DNA of 64,000 nucleotides. It comes from Scyliorhinus canicula (Eukaryota). Each line of letters begins with the position of its first letter. Position 1 is the stretch's first letter. Made by a program: the position numbers and the translations under genes. Shown here piece by piece: positions 60,291 to 64,000 of this stretch. A model generated the notes under the pieces. That model searched no databases and was not told where the DNA came from. It worked only from the letters and a program-made list of their open reading frames with translations. The stretch covers positions 52,146,528-52,210,527 of the forward strand of contig NC_052161.1 in the NCBI RefSeq assembly GCF_902713615.1, in the 5' to 3' direction.

Positions 60291-61883
60291 TGTGGCTTGC
60301 TATTTTAAAAAATACTTTTGCCTGTTCAAAAACCCACAGAGAACAATTTACAAGTAACATTTCTTGTCTTTTTTTAAATGTAGTTTCTTGTTAATCACAA
60401 ATTATTTTAACTTTTCTCAGTTGCGAGGACACAGGATTTTAAAATCTCTATGTTCTAAAATGTGTGAAGTTATGGCTTACTTTGCTCACCTTGACATTCA
60501 TTTTAAGATTGCAACTGTTAACAGTTACTGCTTGTCTGATATCTTTGATTTCTGTTGATCCTCAGTGCCTGAGGTCACAGCAAGTCTTTAAAATCTTCTT
60601 GGCACATTGAAGAATTCATCTGACATTGGTTATTTTTAAAGAACTAAAATGAATCCCATTTTCCCCTTTGTGTGATATGGAATGCTTTGAAGCCGATAAT
60701 GATGTGCTTGCACCAGGTGGCAAAGAGGAGGAATCACTGCAATGAGTCTACCTTATATCAGCATTGTGTGACGGGAGGTGCTTTAATTTGATATAATGAG
60801 CCTTTCCTGTGTATTCCAAGCGAAAGTAGGGAATGGGGAGCTGATTAAAACTTATACCTAGCTAACTACTTTAATATGCTCGTGGGCATCCAACCTAACA
60901 AGACAGACAGCAACATTCATTACAAGTGTCAGCAAACGTATAGATTGGCTCTTAAATAAATTATAGTTTTGTTAAATAGCTGATGAATTTTGTCTTCACA
61001 CACTTAACATTTAATCTCCTGACATTGTAAGAAGTACCATCCTGAAGATCAGAATGGAAACTCGGTTTAGATGTTTCTGATGCTGTGACCGTTTTGTCTT
61101 ATTTTTTCCAAGCCATTTGTTCAGCGCATTCAATAAATGTAGACCACTAGTGTATAAGGATCACAAAGACTGAAAGGCATAGCATAGGAATGTATACACT
61201 ATGTCATCACTCAAGGTCTATGAGTCCCAAAGCAATCAAGGACCTGAACATGTTGTACTTCATCTCTTGACCATCTGTTATGTCGTCTTACAGGTACCTT
61301 CTCCTTTGTTGCCTTTGCAAATTAAAAGTGAGCCAAAAATAGGGATGTCAAGGTGAGCTGACTGGACAATCTGTGTACCTGGCACAAGTCCCAACTTTCA
61401 CAGCAATCATCAAATTCATTGAACTACCTCTTTAAGTCCTTTCTGCTTTTAGACAAAAGGACCCAATTGGCAGTTTCTGGAATATCTGCGAGGAGGAACT
61501 CAGCTATTAGTGGAGACTCAATCTAAACAGCCACTGGAGTTTCCTTAAGTGCCTCAGACATTCCCAGGTTGCAGTTCAACATCATATGTAACCAAAAGTT
61601 TCTCATGCACTTAAAAACAACATTTTGTATATTGGTCAACTGATTGAGAATGAAGAGAGGAACAGAGAAAGCAAAGAGGCACAGAATAAATATTTTTGCA
61701 ATAATATGGAAAAAGAAAAGTGCAGATAGAATCAATGTGACATCATTGAAACATTTTTAAAGGGAGGCTGAATAGATTTCAAAGCGAAAGATATCTGAAG
61801 AATGAATTCAGATAGATGGTAAAAACAAACAGAAAGAGATCGAGGGAGAGAAAGGAGTAAGCGAGAGGGAGATTGCTGAGAAG

Positions 61884-62538
61884 GGGCGAAATTCTCCGAC
61901 CCCCAGCAGGGTCGGAGAATCGCCTGGGGGCGCCGAAAATCCCACCCCCGCCGTGGCAGAGATTCTCCGCCACCCGGGAAGTGGCGGGGGCAGGAATCTC
62001 GCCACTCCGATCGGAGAGGCCCCTGCGGCGATTCTTCGGCCTGGATGGGCCGAAGTACCGCCGCTGGGAGGCCTCTCCCGCCGCCGAGGTTTAAACCACC
62101 TCTGGAACGGCGGGCTCAGCGGTGCAAGCGGGCCCCCGGGGTCCTGGGGGGGGGGCGGGGGGGGGCGGGGGGCGATCGAACCCCAGGGGGTGCCCCCACA
62201 GTGGCCTGGCCCGTGATCGGGGCACCCCGCTCAGAGTCCGGGCCAGTGCCCTGGCTGCACTAGTTTCTTCCGCGTCCGCCATGGCCTCCACCATGGCGGA
62301 CGCGGAAGAGAACCCCACATCGCGCATGCGCGGACCGGTGAAAGCCTTTCGGCCAGCCCCGCTGCCGGGGGCGCCGGTTCTTTGCGCCGGTCTTCTGGTG
62401 GCAACCGCTCCGGCGCGGGGCTCGCCCCCAAAGGTGGGGAGAATTCCCCACCTTTGGGGAGGCGCGACCCCTGAGTGGTTGGCGCCACTCTCCTACTCCG
62501 GGACCCTCTGTCACGCCGGGTAGGGGAGAATCCCACCC
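61884..62538. mobile_element. Palindromic MITE with GGGC...TTCTCC TIRs and 3-bp TSD AAG (Harbinger-type)
   Basis: GGGCGAAATTCTCC ... GGAGAATCCCACCC; AAG at 61881-61883 and 62539-62541; extended subterminal inverted similarity. Confidence 0.85.
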
Positions 62539-62698
62539 AAGACATTCAAACAGAGAGTAAACTGATGCAGACAGAGAGTTGCAAGGATAGTGTGGAAAGA
62601 CCAAAGTGTAGATTAAGAATTAAAATGAGCAACATTGGCTCGGAAAATTAGAAAAATAAGCAAGAAAGATACAAACTGTAATTTCCTTTATACATGAT

Positions 62699-64000
62699 GG
62701 GCTGAATTCTCCGAAAGTCCGCAGCGAAACCGCAAAACGCGATCGGCCGGAGAATCAGCTCTGATGCCGGCGATTCCCGATTCTCCAAACCCCTCAACAC
62801 GAGGAATCACGGCGCTCGATGGCCAATTCTCCAGGGCTATAGTGAAGTCCCGACGGCGTGGTTCTAACCACGTATAAAAATTTGTTAGCTGCTGCGGCAG
62901 TGGGAGGAGATAAGGGTTGGCATAGGGGGATCGCGGGCTCCAGAAGGGGACACTGCCATGGCTACTGCAGGGGTGGAGAGGGTGGGGGGAGGCCTGCTGG
63001 GTCCGGGGAGGGTCGATGAAGGGGGGGGGGGGAACAGGCTGAGCAACCGTGGACCCCCAGCCATGACAGGGTGCTGCCCACGCAATGGACGTCATTACGG
63101 CGGCCATGTTGATGGGCATCCACCCCCAGGCGCTGGGTCAGCACAGGCTTCACGGCCGTATGGGTGGGTGCGGCCCCCTCCCCGTCCACCCTACACAACC
63201 GGCGGCACCCACCGGGGAGAGACACAGGGCCACACCCTCGGCAGCCCCCAGTGAGGGCAGTGCCATCAAACGGTGGCCCTGACAGCCGGGACGGGCGGCA
63301 GGAGCGGGGGCACCAACAGGGCGGGGGTGGGGTGCATGCGTGGCTGGGGCGCACACTGTCAACCGTGGCAACCATGTAGCCCATGGCACCTGGTTGGGCG
63401 TGGGTGTATGCGCCATGATTACATTTTGTGTCCCCTCACCCCCTGCATATCATATTTGGGCACCACCCAGCGATGTTGGCCGCCGTGACGGGGGCCGCTG
63501 ACCTACATGCAGCCCTGTGGGAGCGTGAGCACATGCAGCACAGAGGGGAGGTGGCAAACACAGCAGAGGGGTGGGATGCAGAGGGGCAGGTGGCAGGCGC
63601 TCAGGCTGGAGGGCCGCCTGCCCGAGGAAGAGAAGGAGGAACAAAACGAGGAGGAGCAACAGGATGAGGATGAGGGGGAGGAGGGGAAGGAGGAGGTGGT
63701 GCCAAGGAGGCGCCTGATGAGACCCCGCATGTACCGACGTCACATGCGCTTTCAGGAACTCCCAGACCGGGCATGCAGGAGGAGACTGCGGATAAGCCAG
63801 CAAACCGTCGCTCACATTTGACACATGATGGCACACCTGGCACCGCGAGGGGCTGGGAGGGGACACTCGATACCGGTGGCCATCAAGGTGATGGTTGCAT
63901 TCAATTTCTACGCCACGGGGTCATTGCAGTCGCTGAGTGGGGACCTGTGTCTGATGGCGCCTATATGGAGGCCACAGAGCGATGCGGAGAACCACGACAC
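62699..64000 (+). mobile_element. Harbinger DNA transposon left end with disrupted transposase (runs off the window)
   Basis: TIR GGGCTGAATTCTCC; RPRMYRRHMRFQELPDRACRRRLR*...GHSIPVAIKVMVAFNFYATGSLQSLSGDLC then a jump to LMAPIWRPQSDAEN; stop at 63819, frameshift and internal deletion. Confidence 0.88.

Noticed and set aside
60752-60806. Minus-strand 55-bp exon-like segment (KAHYIKLKHLPSHNADI)
   Set aside because: Opposite strand to the other candidates, unrecognised peptide and moderate donor (GTAGAC); compatible with chance.
62045-63843. Many overlapping GC-rich ORFs
   Set aside because: Expected from high GC content in the MITE and Harbinger leader; only the transposase frame has recognisable motifs.

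Overview
This is vertebrate genomic DNA, almost certainly from a cartilaginous fish. The inference rests on abundant HE1-type V-SINEs whose 3' tails match CR1 LINE ends in the same window; a catshark-like genome fits. I found no intact, recognisable protein-coding gene, rRNA, stand-alone tRNA or CRISPR array. The window is a densely nested transposon graveyard. It holds about 30 SINEs or SINE fragments, CR1, L1/Tx1, RTE and Rex1/Babar LINE relics, Penelope fragments, at least six Gypsy-type LTR elements, three pieces of a Gmr1-like family with SCAN-like gag, hAT and Harbinger-type DNA elements, and several tandem arrays. All element ORFs carry stops or frameshifts. The best-supported unusual observations are: (1) a four-level nest at 17.7-27.7 kb whose outer Penelope GIY-YIG frame rejoins exactly across a GAAAC target-site duplication (TSD); (2) two short insertions apparently copied from DNA about 1.5 kb away, one inverted and one direct; (3) one V-SINE body carrying three different 3' tails, of which the A/T-tailed form has long TSDs; (4) a palindromic Penelope mini-insert with hammerhead-like scaffolds. 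A few unassigned candidate host exons are flagged at low confidence. I cannot claim a new biological system from the sequence alone. TSD and terminal-repeat coordinates were counted directly; other boundaries are approximate. Family names come from motif recognition, not database searches.
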